From the NCBI RefSeq assembly GCF_006345805.1, contig NC_043003.1:55676001-55740000 (forward strand): a stretch of DNA of 64,000 nt, written 5' to 3'. The notes below the pieces were generated by a model that was not told the DNA's origin, searched no databases, and saw only the letters and a program-made list of their open reading frames with translations. Both the position numbers and the translations under genes were made by a program. The DNA is from Octopus sinensis. Taxonomy: Eukaryota. Below, one piece after another: positions 26,560-41,009 of this stretch. Numbering within the stretch: position 1 is the stretch's first letter; each line of letters begins with the position of its first letter.

Positions 26560-26835
26560 GACGACTGGGTTCCAGTTGATCGTATAATTGGGTGACCACT
26601 TCACGGACAGATGCACCCTTAAAGCAATTCTCGGGGAGATTCGGCCTGAAATAAAGGTACAACAGAAGGAAGAAAGAGTAACAAAAATGTACAGCTTGGT
26701 TTTTCACCATTCTCTGTCAGAGTCACGTGGAGCTTTAAGTATTTTTGCTCAACAATCACTCACAACTCCCGATCTGGAAATCGAATTTGCGATCCAAAGA
26801 GCGCGTGTCTGCTACCCTAGCCAATGGGCCATTGC
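26560..26835 (-). mobile_element. tRNA-derived SINE (family of 10632-10855)
   Basis: Reverse complement begins gtaggcgcaatggcccattggctaggg...gatttccagatcggg. Confidence 0.7.
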
Positions 26836-27081
26836 GCCTACCATATATATGTGTGTATGTGTGTGTGTTTATATATATATATGTGTGCGTGCGTGTGTGT
26901 GTGTGAGTGTGTATGTATGTATGTTTATGTATATATACGTATATACATATATATATGTATATATGTATAAATATATATATATATAAATATAATATATATA
27001 TATATATATGCATATATATAAATAAATATATATATATTATATATATAGAATGTATGTATAAATGTATATATCTATATATAT

Positions 27082-27126
<45 letters not shown>

Positions 27127-27546
27127 CATATATATATAAATATGCATTTTTATATATAAATCATTATATACATACACACACACATATATATATATGCATA
27201 TATGTATTTATATATATGTATACATATACATATATACATCCAGTTACATATGCATATATGTTTACATACATATTCTGTGTATACGGCATGTAAGAATATA
27301 TGTATTCCATGGAGATATCAACTCAGTTATTAGATAACATTCATATCCCCTTGTCGAACCATGTATTTCGTAATCTACATTCTGATATTCTTACCGCAGT
27401 GTATAGAAGTTTACAAATGCATAGATATTTTTACTTTTTCTTTTGTCTGTATTGTATACCAGTGCCTCTGTGCATAACATTTGTATATGTTCGAATTAGT
27501 TTTCAGAAGACTAAACCTATACACACACACAGAGTTATATATATAT

Positions 27547-27607
<61 letters not shown>

Positions 27608-27894
27608 ATACATACATATATATATGCATACATATAATATGCATACACGCAGGCACTCACACAGAAACACACACACACACCATATCTTTATATATATATA
27701 TTTTTATCTTCCCTGTACAAATATATATATATTGTTTTAATATGTATTATTTTGTGAATATCTAAGCGGCTTGTCTGCTATATGAGTATGTAAATGTATG
27801 AAAATCTCTTTTCACTTTTATTTCTATATTTTTCAATTTATCTCTTTCTCTGTCTCTTCGTCTCTGTCTATATATATGCGTAAATATATATATA

Positions 27895-27954
<60 letters not shown>

Positions 27955-27992
27955 ATGTACATATATATATATATATATAATATATATATATT

Positions 27993-28049
<57 letters not shown>

Positions 28050-28397
28050 ATATGTATTATATTTATAAACAAAAGTGTAAGCATTATGTATGCATCTATC
28101 TATACATATATATATATATACATATATATGTGGTGTGTGTGTATGAGTGTGATTGTGAGCAAGCGTGTGCGAGCTATATTCTTAATGTGGGTGTGTGTAT
28201 ATTGTTTGGAATGGCATCACTTTTCGCTTTCACTTTAGACATGAATATTGTAATCTACCGTTCCTATACTTAGTCACAATTATTCTACGTTGTTTGAGTA
28301 TCAACTTTTTAAATATTTCGAGCAATGCATTTGCAACTCTTCTCTTTGCTCATATGAAACATTGTGCTGTTAAACATCAATAGATAGATAGATAGAT

Positions 28398-28436
<39 letters not shown>

Positions 28437-29182
28437 TGTTTCTTTATTAGCCACAAGGGCTGCACACAGATAGAACAAATTACAAGGTAGAGCTTTTCTT
28501 TTGAAGGTACTAAAAAAAAAAAAAAAAAAAAAAAAGAAAGGGGGAGGTTCGATCAAAAGGGATCGTAAAAGGAGAGAAAGAGGACAAAAATAAGGGGAGT
28601 TAAAAAAAAAAAAAAAGGGGGGGGAGAGGAAAAAAAAATGATCAATAGGGATCGTTATCACAGAAATGTCAATATGAAGTGTAAAGGGGAGGACAGGTGA
28701 GGTTTACCCGTGGAAAGAAAAGCCTGCGGAAAAGACCACGGTAACCTCGGTCAATGAAGTCACATTTTATATTTCTTTTTTTTTTTTTTTTTTTTTTTTT
28801 GCAAATAAGCAACTCTCTGTTTTCGATTTCTGGGTTCATAGGACTATGCTCAAGGTGGCTTCGTCATTCATACGTGCCATTCTTGCTACATTCACCCATC
28901 TTTTTATAAAACATTCGCTAGACAAAACTTGCCTCTCTACTCTCACTTTCCTTTTCAAGTGGTACTTGAAGAAGTTGATGAGAGATTGACCAGAGAGGAA
29001 AGTGTTTGTCTCCAATCCTTTCAGACGCGTCCACCAGATACATTCTTTCGCCATAGCCACAAGGATGATGAAAATAGCTCTTCCTTCCCGTTTGAAGGAA
29101 GGAGGCGTGACAATATTGACGATAGACTCAGCTGATAAACCGACTCGTCCCACACGTGACAGCAGTTGTTCGACATAAGCCC
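28437..29182 (-). mobile_element. 5'-truncated Tx1 (L1 group) retrotransposon: ORF2 C-terminus plus 3' UTR
   Basis: ...VAMAKECIWWTRLKG...FFKYHLKRKVRVERQVLSSECFIKRW...* (stop at 28836); ends gtggctAATAAAgaaaca; flanked on both sides by (TATC)n. Confidence 0.8.
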
Positions 29183-29962
<780 letters not shown>

Positions 29963-30171
29963 CGATACGATACAGACAGACTAATGGACAGTCAGACATA
30001 CATACAAACTAATAGACAAACAGATAGAGAGGTGCAAGCCATTAGTTTCACCTCTTTGTTTTCTCTACTGCTACTACAACGGCATATACGTAGCCTGTTC
30101 AAGCTAATACTCTTGTTATATCGTACTTATACACTTCATACTTCCTTTCTGTCGATACATTTATAAGATGC

Positions 30172-30362
30172 AAGGCGGCGTGCTGGCAGAAACGTTAGCA
30201 GACCAGGCGAAATCCTTACCGGTATTGAAATTCCTCTGAGGTCGATTTTGCTTTTTATCCTTTCGGCGTCGATAGATTCTGTACCAGTTGCGTGCTGAGG
30301 TCGATCTAATTGTCTGCCCCCCCTCAAAATTTCGGGCCTTGTGCCTAGTGTAGAAAAGTATA
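30172..30362 (+). mobile_element. OK-like SINE with an alternative tail
   Basis: aaggcggcgtgctggcagaaacgttagc head; tail differs from the 50946 copy. Confidence 0.8.
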
Positions 30363-32004
30363 TTTAAAAGATGTACTGTATTGTAGTACGGTTTCGTTGC
30401 TCTCCTATGTATAAGATGCAGAGAACGCAGGCAGTTTTCTAGAAATGACTATAAGAAAATAGGAATCGCACACTTTTGTGCCCCGTGTTAGACAGACTTT
30501 TTCAGAACACTGGGCTAAGATGACTTTTTACCGATACTTTACTTTCGTAGCTCTTCCACTTATACACATCTTGTCTCATCTACGCTTGTTCGAAAACAGT
30601 TCTACTTAGACTGTCGAAGTTTTTTCAACTGTATCTCTTAGCAACATAGTTATTTCATCGATGATCAAAGGATTTTAAAGAGATCCCTTAAGTGTGCCTT
30701 TGTATGCTGTATTTAGACCAAAGGAACAAATTTAGAAACAATATACCAGAAGGTAACTGTCATCCGTATTTGACCGGGGGTGATCTGCATATTTTAAACA
30801 CGTCACTGTCTACATGTACACGTCATTGAAACGGCTCAAATTGGATATTGATATATTTCCACATAAGAGACTCTGTCGAGATTACTACACCAGTAACTGT
30901 CCGACAAATGATGTATATAGATTAAGTATGGTACACAGACAGCTATATAATGGATTTTCATTTCATCAAAACAGTAAGTCTTAAATTACTTTCAGTTTTT
31001 CAGATTCACACTGTACATAATACATATTTTTAAAAATTAATAGCCAGTGAACTAAAACCGAACTAGTCAAATTCAGCTACCTACTACGATACTACCCTAA
31101 GTTGTGACGGATCTTTACAATTGCTGACTGTTCTATACTATTGGCTGTGAAAGGAAACCGGTAGGCCTTCTCTCTTAACTGATTAACGAGTTGGGAACTG
31201 ACTCAAGTAGAAACTCTTCCCTGTTATTTCCACACATTTAAAAACAGATCTTGTTGAGATCCTTATAGTATGATCCCTTGTTATACTAATACGACAATTA
31301 TTATTTCGTTTTCTCAGTGATTTACGACATCTGACAAAGGTCACAACTGACTGACATGTCCTGTAGACTTTAGATCCCTTTACACATTTTCAGCCGCGGA
31401 GAATCAAGACTGTTACATGTCAGACACCTGGGCCCATTCCCACTGTAATATTCTGGACCAAGATTTATTAGTGGATGGAAATATTGCAGAAACTTTGTTC
31501 TTGTAATTCAGTCGGGCATAGTGTTCATAGACTAAGGCAGTGTGATTCTGCCAAAGAGTTATGTAAAGGTACAGAATTTTTGTGTTAGACTCGGGGACAC
31601 ATATTATAATTCAATCAGCTGTTTATTCCATTGCAAAAACATATCTAAAATTTTATTTTCTGAACCGAATCATGGGCCATTAAATATTCTTATTTACTTC
31701 TTCATTCCATCTCCCCCTCCACAAGCTCCCTCACTTAACTTCTCGAACTACTTCTCTTCCCTTCTCCAGCTCCTTCTCCCTCGCTCTCTCCTTTCTTTTA
31801 CTTCCGCATTATCCACCACTCCCTACCTCACACACATATATGCAAAGCATGTCCATATATACCTATACATATAGATACCTATATATATACCTATACAAAC
31901 CCGCATTTTCAAAAACGAATAGTCACACACGCACACATATACATAAACATACACAGCGTATGTCTGCATGTAACTGTGAATGAGTGTAGGTATACATACA
32001 CACA

Positions 32005-32146
32005 TACATACATACATACATACATACATACTACATACATATATACATACATACATACATACGTACATACATACATACATACATACATACATACATACAT
32101 ACATACATACATACATACATACATACATACATACATACATACATAC
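32005..32146. repeat. (CATA)n microsatellite
   Basis: Long CATA run. Confidence 0.95.
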
Positions 32147-32645
32147 AGCACATGCTTCGTTCTAAATCTGACGAATAAATGAGTGTAAATATATGTGTAT
32201 ATGCGGGTCACTTTATGTATACGTTGAGTGTATTGGTATTTTCAATTTCTCATTTATTAAATCAGAATACTTTAAGCCTCGCCATCTGTAGAATCTCTAT
32301 TTTCTATGTTTTCGGGTAAGTTTGTTTCTTTTTTAGAATTTTGAAGCTTTATCCCGTATTTTATTTAGTGTTTGCTTCAGATAACCTTTCAAAATAATAT
32401 AAAATTTGATTTCCGCGTAAGATGGGCGAAATGTAATTGGAGAAATAAATACACTGGACGAAAATATCTTTATGCAATGTACAGATTTACCCAAAATATA
32501 TGAGAAAAGATAGCAAGAAATAGATTGGATGCGGGAAACATATATTGAAAAAAAGGGTAGAATGATGAATGCGACATATGACTGTGTACCCCCTACACAC
32601 AAACAGCTTTATACGCACGCACGCACACGCCCGTATGTATATGTA

Positions 32646-32698
<53 letters not shown>

Positions 32699-32709
32699 CT
32701 ATCTATCTA

Positions 32710-32771
<62 letters not shown>

Positions 32772-33244
32772 AACATACACACAGACTCGCGCACCACACA
32801 TGAAACATGGTGCAGATACACACATACACACGCACGCACGCACGCACTCACACACACACATACGGGTTTGGAGTTGAAGTTGCACCTTGGTTTTCAAATG
32901 AATTTTAGTTTTTCTGTTATATTTATATAATTTATAGCACCATGCCGCTTTCAACATTTTCCTCTTAAATGGTACATATAAAGTAAAAACATATGTTTAA
33001 ATATTTATAGAAACTGAATGCAGAAGAAAAATTTACATAATGATAAAACAGGCTTAAAACTCAAATGCGCATTTCGTTTCATAGCACAATTACATGAGGA
33101 ATGTTCAGGTGTTGAATAAGTTGAATAAAAAAGAAATTGATAAAGTTCAGATGTTCGATACATTTATTTCGTAGCATGATTAGGTGATAAAATATCATAA
33201 ATAAGCAATAATATATCATAAATTAGGCTTGATGATGATTTGAA

Positions 33245-33315
33245 AACAAGGGCCGACCAAAGTTTTGTGAGTGGATTTGGTAGACGGAAACTGAAAAAGG
33301 CCCGTCGTATATATG

Positions 33316-33382
<67 letters not shown>

Positions 33383-33570
33383 CCCCCATTAACATCGCTT
33401 GACAACCGATGCTGGTGTGTTTATGTCCCCCGTAACTTAGCAGTTCGGCAAAAGGGACCGATAGAATAAGTACTAGGTTTCCAAAGAATAAGTCCTGGGG
33501 TCGATTTGCTCGACTAAAGCCGGTGCTCCAGCATGGTTGCTGGCAAATGACTGAAAAAAGTAAAAAAAAA
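33245..33570 (+). mobile_element. SINE, 5'-truncated (family of 4781-5222)
   Basis: Direct similarity. Confidence 0.85.
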
Positions 33571-33760
33571 TAAAGAGCATCAACAAACCATCATCGTCCA
33601 TCTTTCTTCAACCGTAATTAGATCCTGAACGAACAAGGTCCACTTCAAAATCCACGGACATTTTGTCATTACTTCAGCATCGAATGCTGTCACAGATGTA
33701 CGATTATACTTTGTTAACATGCGACATACTTTCGTATATTGATTTATGTACCACATGGTT
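33570..33760 (-). mobile_element. Highly decayed mariner transposase fragment
   Basis: TKVC-RMLT...FVQDLITVEERW resembles the KVxARWVPRMLT...FLxRLITxDExW region. Confidence 0.45.
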
Positions 33761-34658
33761 GCGTGAGACGCCCACTCTCTTGAATAATACTGAACCATGC
33801 AGGTCGATGGAGATATATCTAGTATATCGAGCAGATTATGCTACATAGGAGAAGCTCGATTACTGTTTTTCTTATTCATTCTTCCTTTAGTCTCGAGTTG
33901 ATCCTAACTGAAAAAAACACTTAGGTTTTAACAACTTCTCTTCGCAGTCCCAGAAAATCCGAGAAACGGAATATATTAGAAGTCAAAGAGAAGCAATTAC
34001 AAAATTAGGAACAATTAATAAAAAATTCAAAGGTCTAAAACATAATTGAAGGATGGTGAGTGCGAATGGCTGCTATTTATAGAGCCATTTTTGCTTGGTA
34101 CCACCTCCCTACTCCTGTTGTTGCTGCAGTAACCGTTTGACCCCTGCAAGCCTTGATCAAGTAGACTTGTGATAGAAAGAAATCCAACGCACAACATTAC
34201 TGAACTTGCCCGTGTTTCTAAAAATGTCAATGTGTAATTTGAGTGTAAATGTGAAGCTATTTTGTGATGTTCCAATGGCCAAGTGGAAGCACTCTCGTTC
34301 ACTGCTCACATCTCATCTGATTTAGCTGTGAAGTGAAAGAACAGCAGTTTGAATGTGTTTGCAAATATACAAAATTCTAAACAAATATATTATCAAACAT
34401 TTAGTCTGGCAACATAATCTGATGGAATGGAAATTCTGGCACGAAATGATGAAGTAATTTAATCTACGCAGACGACTCAATGTCTGGATGATTCACTTGT
34501 TTGTAGGTCACATGATTTTGGATGCGTCTATAATATTCAACGAAAATCATGGCCTACAAGCGTATCCTTCTCTTTCTCCCTAGGTATATCTCTCGTACTT
34601 TCACACGTTCTCCCTCTGTTACACTCTCTCTCCCTTACTCATACTCTGTCTGTCTCTG

Positions 34659-34702
<44 letters not shown>

Positions 34703-36459
34703 AATATATCTGTTTCTCATTGTCGTTATGTCTGCAAGTCTTTTTCTCTCCATAATTCTTCCTCTTTTAGGAAGGAATATATCTCGAGTAGCTACCTGCG
34801 AGTAAAATAAGCGAAATCTGCTTCAATCGTCAACTCTCTTTCTTAACTATGAAAGAAATCATTTGACATTGAATCCCCTGATATAGAAATTGACCAAGCC
34901 AGGGTGGATGATAAATAGAATTGTTAGAAGGTCAGACAAAATATTTTGTGGTACCAATGCCGACTTTCCATGATCAAAGTTAAAATTTCAACCAAAGCCT
35001 CAAATCTTCCTTATCACATTCATATAAATCCTAAGTCGCCAAGCCGAGAAATCCTCTCAAATCAGCGGCACGAACATCTCTTTGCTCTGCAATCTAATAT
35101 ATATCACATCGTTTCTATACAAGGGAACTATGAACACAGAGGTTTTGAAGATAAAGTGCTGTGAGGATTGAACTCATGAATTTTCTTTATTCTGACTAAA
35201 ATCACAAGAAAATAGCTCCAAGATTCCTTTACAGATTAGACGCGAACAAGGAAACCCCGCTGAGACACATAATGCTACTGTCATAAAGACAGTAAAGTTA
35301 TGAGTTGTAGATTTGATTGTTATTGCTGACGGAGATTCCGCGACGACATATGTTCACGATTTGGTGAATGAAATAAAGAGAGGGGGAGAACGAGAAAGGG
35401 CGAAAGAGAGAGAGAGAGAGAGAGAGAGAGTGTGTGTGCGTGTGTGTGTGTGTGCGTATGTGTCTTTATATGGGTGTCTCTATATATATGTGCGCGTTCG
35501 TGTGTATATGTGTGTGGGTTTATGTGCGTGTATTGCGTTACTCTGTATGTATATGTGTGCGGTTACGTGTGTGTGTGTACGTTTGTCTGTGTGTGTGTGT
35601 ATGCGTGCGTGCGCGCGAGTTTGTATGCTTTATATTCAAAATATATGTGAATAAGATATGAAAATGAAAGTTATACATATATTCACTTATATATTTGGAC
35701 ATACATACATGCAGGCACATACGTATGCCTAGAAACATTCCTATATAATTTAAATATACAAGTATGTGTGTGTATGTGTGTGTGTCTGCATGTATGTATA
35801 TATGTATGTATGTATATATACATGTATGTATGTAAGTATGTACACGCATGTTTATAAAACTGAGGATAGGAAGCGAACAAGCAACAAGTTAAAGAAGAAT
35901 ATATATATCCGTAAAAGTATTACGTCGTAGAAATAAGTAACTACTTCGGAGAAAATCTTTTTATTTATTATTATTTTTTTTTTGCTAGAAATACACATCA
36001 TAGACTATTGCTTCCTATTTCTTTACACAAAGATTGAGATGGAAAAGTTAGAAATTTTCTACGCTGCGTAAAGCACTAACTTATTTCATAACATTTTGAG
36101 AACTTTTATTGAACTTATTCAAAGCATATTAGTTACTGCAGGGAGAAAAGTATGTATATGTTTGTGGATAGGAAGGAAGGATGGATGATATCTTCTGAAG
36201 GTTATTTCACTTCCAAAGGAATTAACAACCTCGTGGAAGTGAATTGGCTTCAAAGGGTTTTGAAAACAGCCTCATAGATTTAGCACTCCACAAACCTATT
36301 GCTTGTTTGCTCTATGGCGCCGAAGAAAATTCAAAGAATGTTAAAATATACTAAAGACACACGGAATAAAACGCTTACAATCAACAAACAACAAAACTAC
36401 TAGTAACATGTTTTCAAGTAAGCAGTATGCGAGCGTATAATACACACATATACACATAC

Positions 36460-36584
<125 letters not shown>

Positions 36585-36685
36585 AATGTATATATGTATG
36601 TATATATATATATGTATATATAAGTATATATGCATATATATGTATAAATGTATATATGTATATGTATAAATGTATATATATGTAT

Positions 36686-36734
<49 letters not shown>

Positions 36735-37544
36735 TATATATACAATACATAGGCACAATGATATAAACACAAGCTCACACATGCACACACAAATTTACAA
36801 ACACACATGAATATATATGTATGTATATGCCTTCTCAGGTAAAGTGCTTGCGTTCATGTAACTTTCTTTTGTTCTCGCAACTTACCGGAATTATATGCGT
36901 ACTTGCATATATAAATTCATTCACAAATGTGCTTATTCGGGCTCTTTGTGTTACGAGTTCAAATCACGCTGTATTATTTCTCACAGATCTAAAAAGATCA
37001 AGTGGCCCTTGTGTATAATTAATGGAATACATTCTACAGCATGCATCCGGGCCATGTCTCCGGTTAGATGATACCTTCAATACTACCTCCATCACGCCCA
37101 CCAAAATTGGACGGTTGCTGAAAGTTATTCTGTACTGCATTTACTCTTGACAAAGCAGCGAAAATAATGGAGAGGGTGCTTTAAATGTACGCAACTGACA
37201 AATATTGACATAAAGTCCCATGGTGGATTAAGTCTCACAACCAAGAACGCAAACAGTTCATCCGATTGCTTTCTTTTTTTTATCCTCCTCAGAACTTAAC
37301 TATCCAACTTACATGCAGAACCATCATGTTTTAGATGAACAATAAAGAAAATATCTGAAACAGAAAGACACATTTCTAATACATACATCCATATACACAC
37401 ACACATATGTGTGTTTATAGTATATATGTATGTATGTATCTATCTATCTATTTATCTATATATATATATATATGTAATTATCTATCCATCCCTATCCATC
37501 TATCTATATACATATATGTATCTATCTATCTATCTATCTATTTA

Positions 37545-37588
<44 letters not shown>

Positions 37589-37594
37589 CATATT

Positions 37595-38270
37595 TACTCT
37601 TTTACTCGTTTTAACCATGCAGCTGCGGTCTTGCTGGAGCACTACCGTAGTCTTTCTGATTTCCTCAGTCTGGGGTGTTTCATACACCACTCCTGTATGT
37701 GCCTTTGTTGCAGCTGTTAGCCCATTTGGTGTATTGGGAAGTTTGATTCCACTTCCCTCGTCTGCATATCATGTCGGGGTGTTAGTTCATCCAGGATTTT
37801 GGTGAGAGGATGTCTAGGTTGTTCTTCAAGACATCTGCTTCCACCTTAATTTTTGTGGCAGAGCATTGAAGAACTGTGGGCCTTTGAACTTTAAAACGTT
37901 TGCAGTACCTGGTCATGAGTATAGATGGAGTGGACCATACCCCTGGTACAATACAATGGGTAGCCAGTTCTGTTTTTGTACAACACTCAATGCCGAAATT
38001 ATGTACTAGCCCTTCTAGTGTTATTCATATATAGGTTATTATATGTGTGTTATTTTACTCAAATCTCAGCTTCTCTCGCTGTGTCTTTGCCGGCCAGTTG
38101 CAATTTGTATACTTTTGATGATGATCGTTGTCATTAGCAGAATTGCTTATCTACATCGCTCACCGTAAAGTGTCCCATCATGCACCAGTTATTACACTTG
38201 ATGCGCGCTTTAGTAATATGCACCTACTGAGTCAATTCCTCAAGCATAATGTCCACGTAAGTGAAGTGAA
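37595..38270 (-). mobile_element. Decayed CR1-group LINE 3' part
   Basis: Peptides LEGLVHNFGIEC...HCIVP...TRYC and LKNNLD...DELTPRHDMQTREVESNFPIHQM*; tail gtgctccagcaagaccgcag...aaacgagtaaaagagtaaa. Confidence 0.75.
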
Positions 38271-38770
38271 ATAGCAGCAAGCCAGCAAGACGGCAAGCGA
38301 CGAAGGAAGATTGCTCAATCCACGCAATAGTCAGCTAGTGAGAAGAAAAGTAGATCCATAGATATTTCGTATTTGTGACGATAGCCATAGCATCAGTTTG
38401 TGATGAATGAATATGGTGATCTGGTGATTGGTATATTCAAATTGCATTTGGTGGTAAGATTGGGACATAGTAGTAGTAACGGTAGTGTCGTGGGAAAATG
38501 AAGGCCTATTGATTAAATTGGCAGAGGCAAAATGAAATTTGAAAGGCAGTGAGTGAGCGTGTAGCTAGCTGCCCGTGGCGTACTATGGGAGTTAGTTATA
38601 AAAAAAAGAAAGGTTGTTCAGTGAATGCAGTAGTGAGCTGGTAGAAGAAGAGTAGTGTAAAGTTTTAAAAATTGTGACAAAACTGAGTTTACACTGTACA
38701 CTATAAACAAAAAAAGCTTGCATTTAGTCGTTCTATTAGAATAAAGGTGCTAAAACGTGGGTTGACAATC

Positions 38771-38887
38771 ACTTACGGCCATATCACGTTGAAAGCACCG
38801 CTTCTCCTCCGATCACCGAAGTTAAAACAACATCGAACCTACTGAGTACTTATGTGACCGCTTGGGAAACGTAGGTGCTGTAAGCGT
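38771..38887 (+). pseudogene. 5S rRNA pseudogene
   Basis: acttacggccatatcacgttgaaagcaccg...ccgatcaccgaagtta...agtactt...gtgaccgcttgggaa...ggtgctgtaagc. Terminal helix retained; about 5 nt lost in the box C region; no oligo-T terminator. Confidence 0.9.
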
Positions 38888-39514
38888 CTCACTCTTCTTA
38901 TTATCGGTTTTGTGTTCTTTTTTAAAAAGAATTTTGTAGGATTTCACCTATGCTACTATCAGCTTCAATTTCAAAGTAAGTTTACAGTAGGATTGATCTT
39001 TTGTTTTCCTTCTTGTCTGTATTTTCTTTATTTCAATCAGTTCTATTTCGAGCGGCGTCGACCGTTCTCTTCTGCATTTGCGTCATCTATGCTCTACGCT
39101 ACTTTAACATTATTGCAGCAGATTAATTAACAATAATGATTTACGTGGGTTTCAACATTTCCGCAACTTTTTCATCACTTCGTTACAGCCTGTTGCACAG
39201 AGTTTTTCTGAATATTTTATCTTCGATTCTCCGTTGATTGTTTCATCTGTACCTGCTAAGCTAATCGAAGGCAATCGACAAAGTAAGAGAGCCGAGTAAA
39301 ATGATTCTGAACATATATTTGGATAAGATGAAGTTTATGTGTTGGGCAAGATTCAGCAGGGAGACAATATACTGTGGTAAGAGAAATGTATTCGGAGCCA
39401 GATGTATTAGATCAAGGTATTTCCTTCAACGCTCTGTGTATATGTATATATATATATATACAGAGAGAGAAAGAGAGACATATGTATACATATATATATA
39501 TATGCATATATTTG

Positions 39515-39552
<38 letters not shown>

Positions 39553-40261
39553 CATACATATTTACATATGTATATATATATGTACAGTTATATATGTATA
39601 TATATGTATATATATATATGCATGTATGTGTGTATACGTGTATATACGTATATATACTGCTATGTCTGTGTGTATATGTGTGTGTGCGTGCGTGTGCGTG
39701 CGTGTGTGTGTAGGGAGAGAAAAACAGAAAAAAGAGAGACAAAGAAAATACGTAGGTGAATATATAAATATATATATATATACATAGTTTCAAAATCATA
39801 AATACATACGTAAGTAAATGATAAACGAACATTCAGCCATTCGTATACACACACACACACACACACACACTTATAAACACATATATTTAACATTCTTCAG
39901 TCTAGTTTCTTATCCAAATTTAGGGTGTCTGCCCAGTAGACCATTTCAATATTGTTGTCGTAGAATTGAAACTAACACGATATATTTAAAGATCTAATCT
40001 CTCTATAAGTAGACAGGGATGAATATATGGCGTCCTATTTTATTAGCAAATTTTATTACAGTGAAAATAACGGAGTTATTTGGTCAGGTGGGCATGCGTA
40101 TACACAATTATATGAATGTTTTAGCAATTAAACTATATTTACGACTGCAATTTTTGATATGATTATCAATGTACCTCTGAACACGCGCGCACACATACAA
40201 ACACACATATTCTCTCCGTATGCATGTGTGTGTGTGTGTATATAGATTGTATATATACGTA

Positions 40262-40320
<59 letters not shown>

Positions 40321-40445
40321 ATATATATATTTATTTATATATATATATGATATATATATTTATTTATATATATATATGATATATATATTTATTTATATAT
40401 ATATATGATATATATATATTTATTTATATATATATATGATATATA

Positions 40446-40509
<64 letters not shown>

Positions 40510-40513
<4 letters not shown>

Positions 40514-40715
40514 ATCCAAATATGAAAACATAAAGAGTAAATACAACAACGCGAGGACGTGGAACAAGTATATTATTATTGGACGCTCAGGAAAGAAGGA
40601 AAGAAGGAGGGTTTAACGTTTCGAGCGGAGCTTTTCGTCAGAAACATACGAAAAGGAAAGATCCAAAGGGAAGACGGAGGAAAAATTTCGCGAACGGTGC
40701 GCACGCGGTCACATT
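40510..40715 (-). mobile_element. Short PLE pLTR-like fragment between two (TA)n runs
   Basis: Contains a minimal hammerhead; no ORF. Confidence 0.55.
40611..40645 (-). ncRNA. Minimal type I hammerhead (35 nt)
   Basis: gttt-CTGACGA-aa-agc-tcc-gct-c-GAAACGT-T-aaac. Stem I gttt/aaac, palindromic ACGT stem III. Confidence 0.7.
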
Positions 40716-40910
40716 TATATATATATATATATACACACATATTTACATATACATACATATATATATATATATAGATAGTATATCTCTATCTATATCTGTC
40801 CATATATCTATCTATCTTTCTCTCTCTCACTCTCTCTCTCTCTATGTATATATATATTTCTGTATAGAGTAACAATAGACAGACAGACAGATAGTCAGAC
40901 AGTCAGACGC

Positions 40911-40911
<1 letters not shown>

Positions 40912-41008
<97 letters not shown>
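40912..41008. repeat. (GATA)n microsatellite
   Basis: Pure GATA run after degenerate (GACA)n. Confidence 0.95.

Positions 41009-41009
<1 letters not shown>

Noticed and set aside
39145-39252. 108-nt minus-strand segment bounded by AG and GT
   Set aside because: The only long frame stops just before the donor; no recognisable product.
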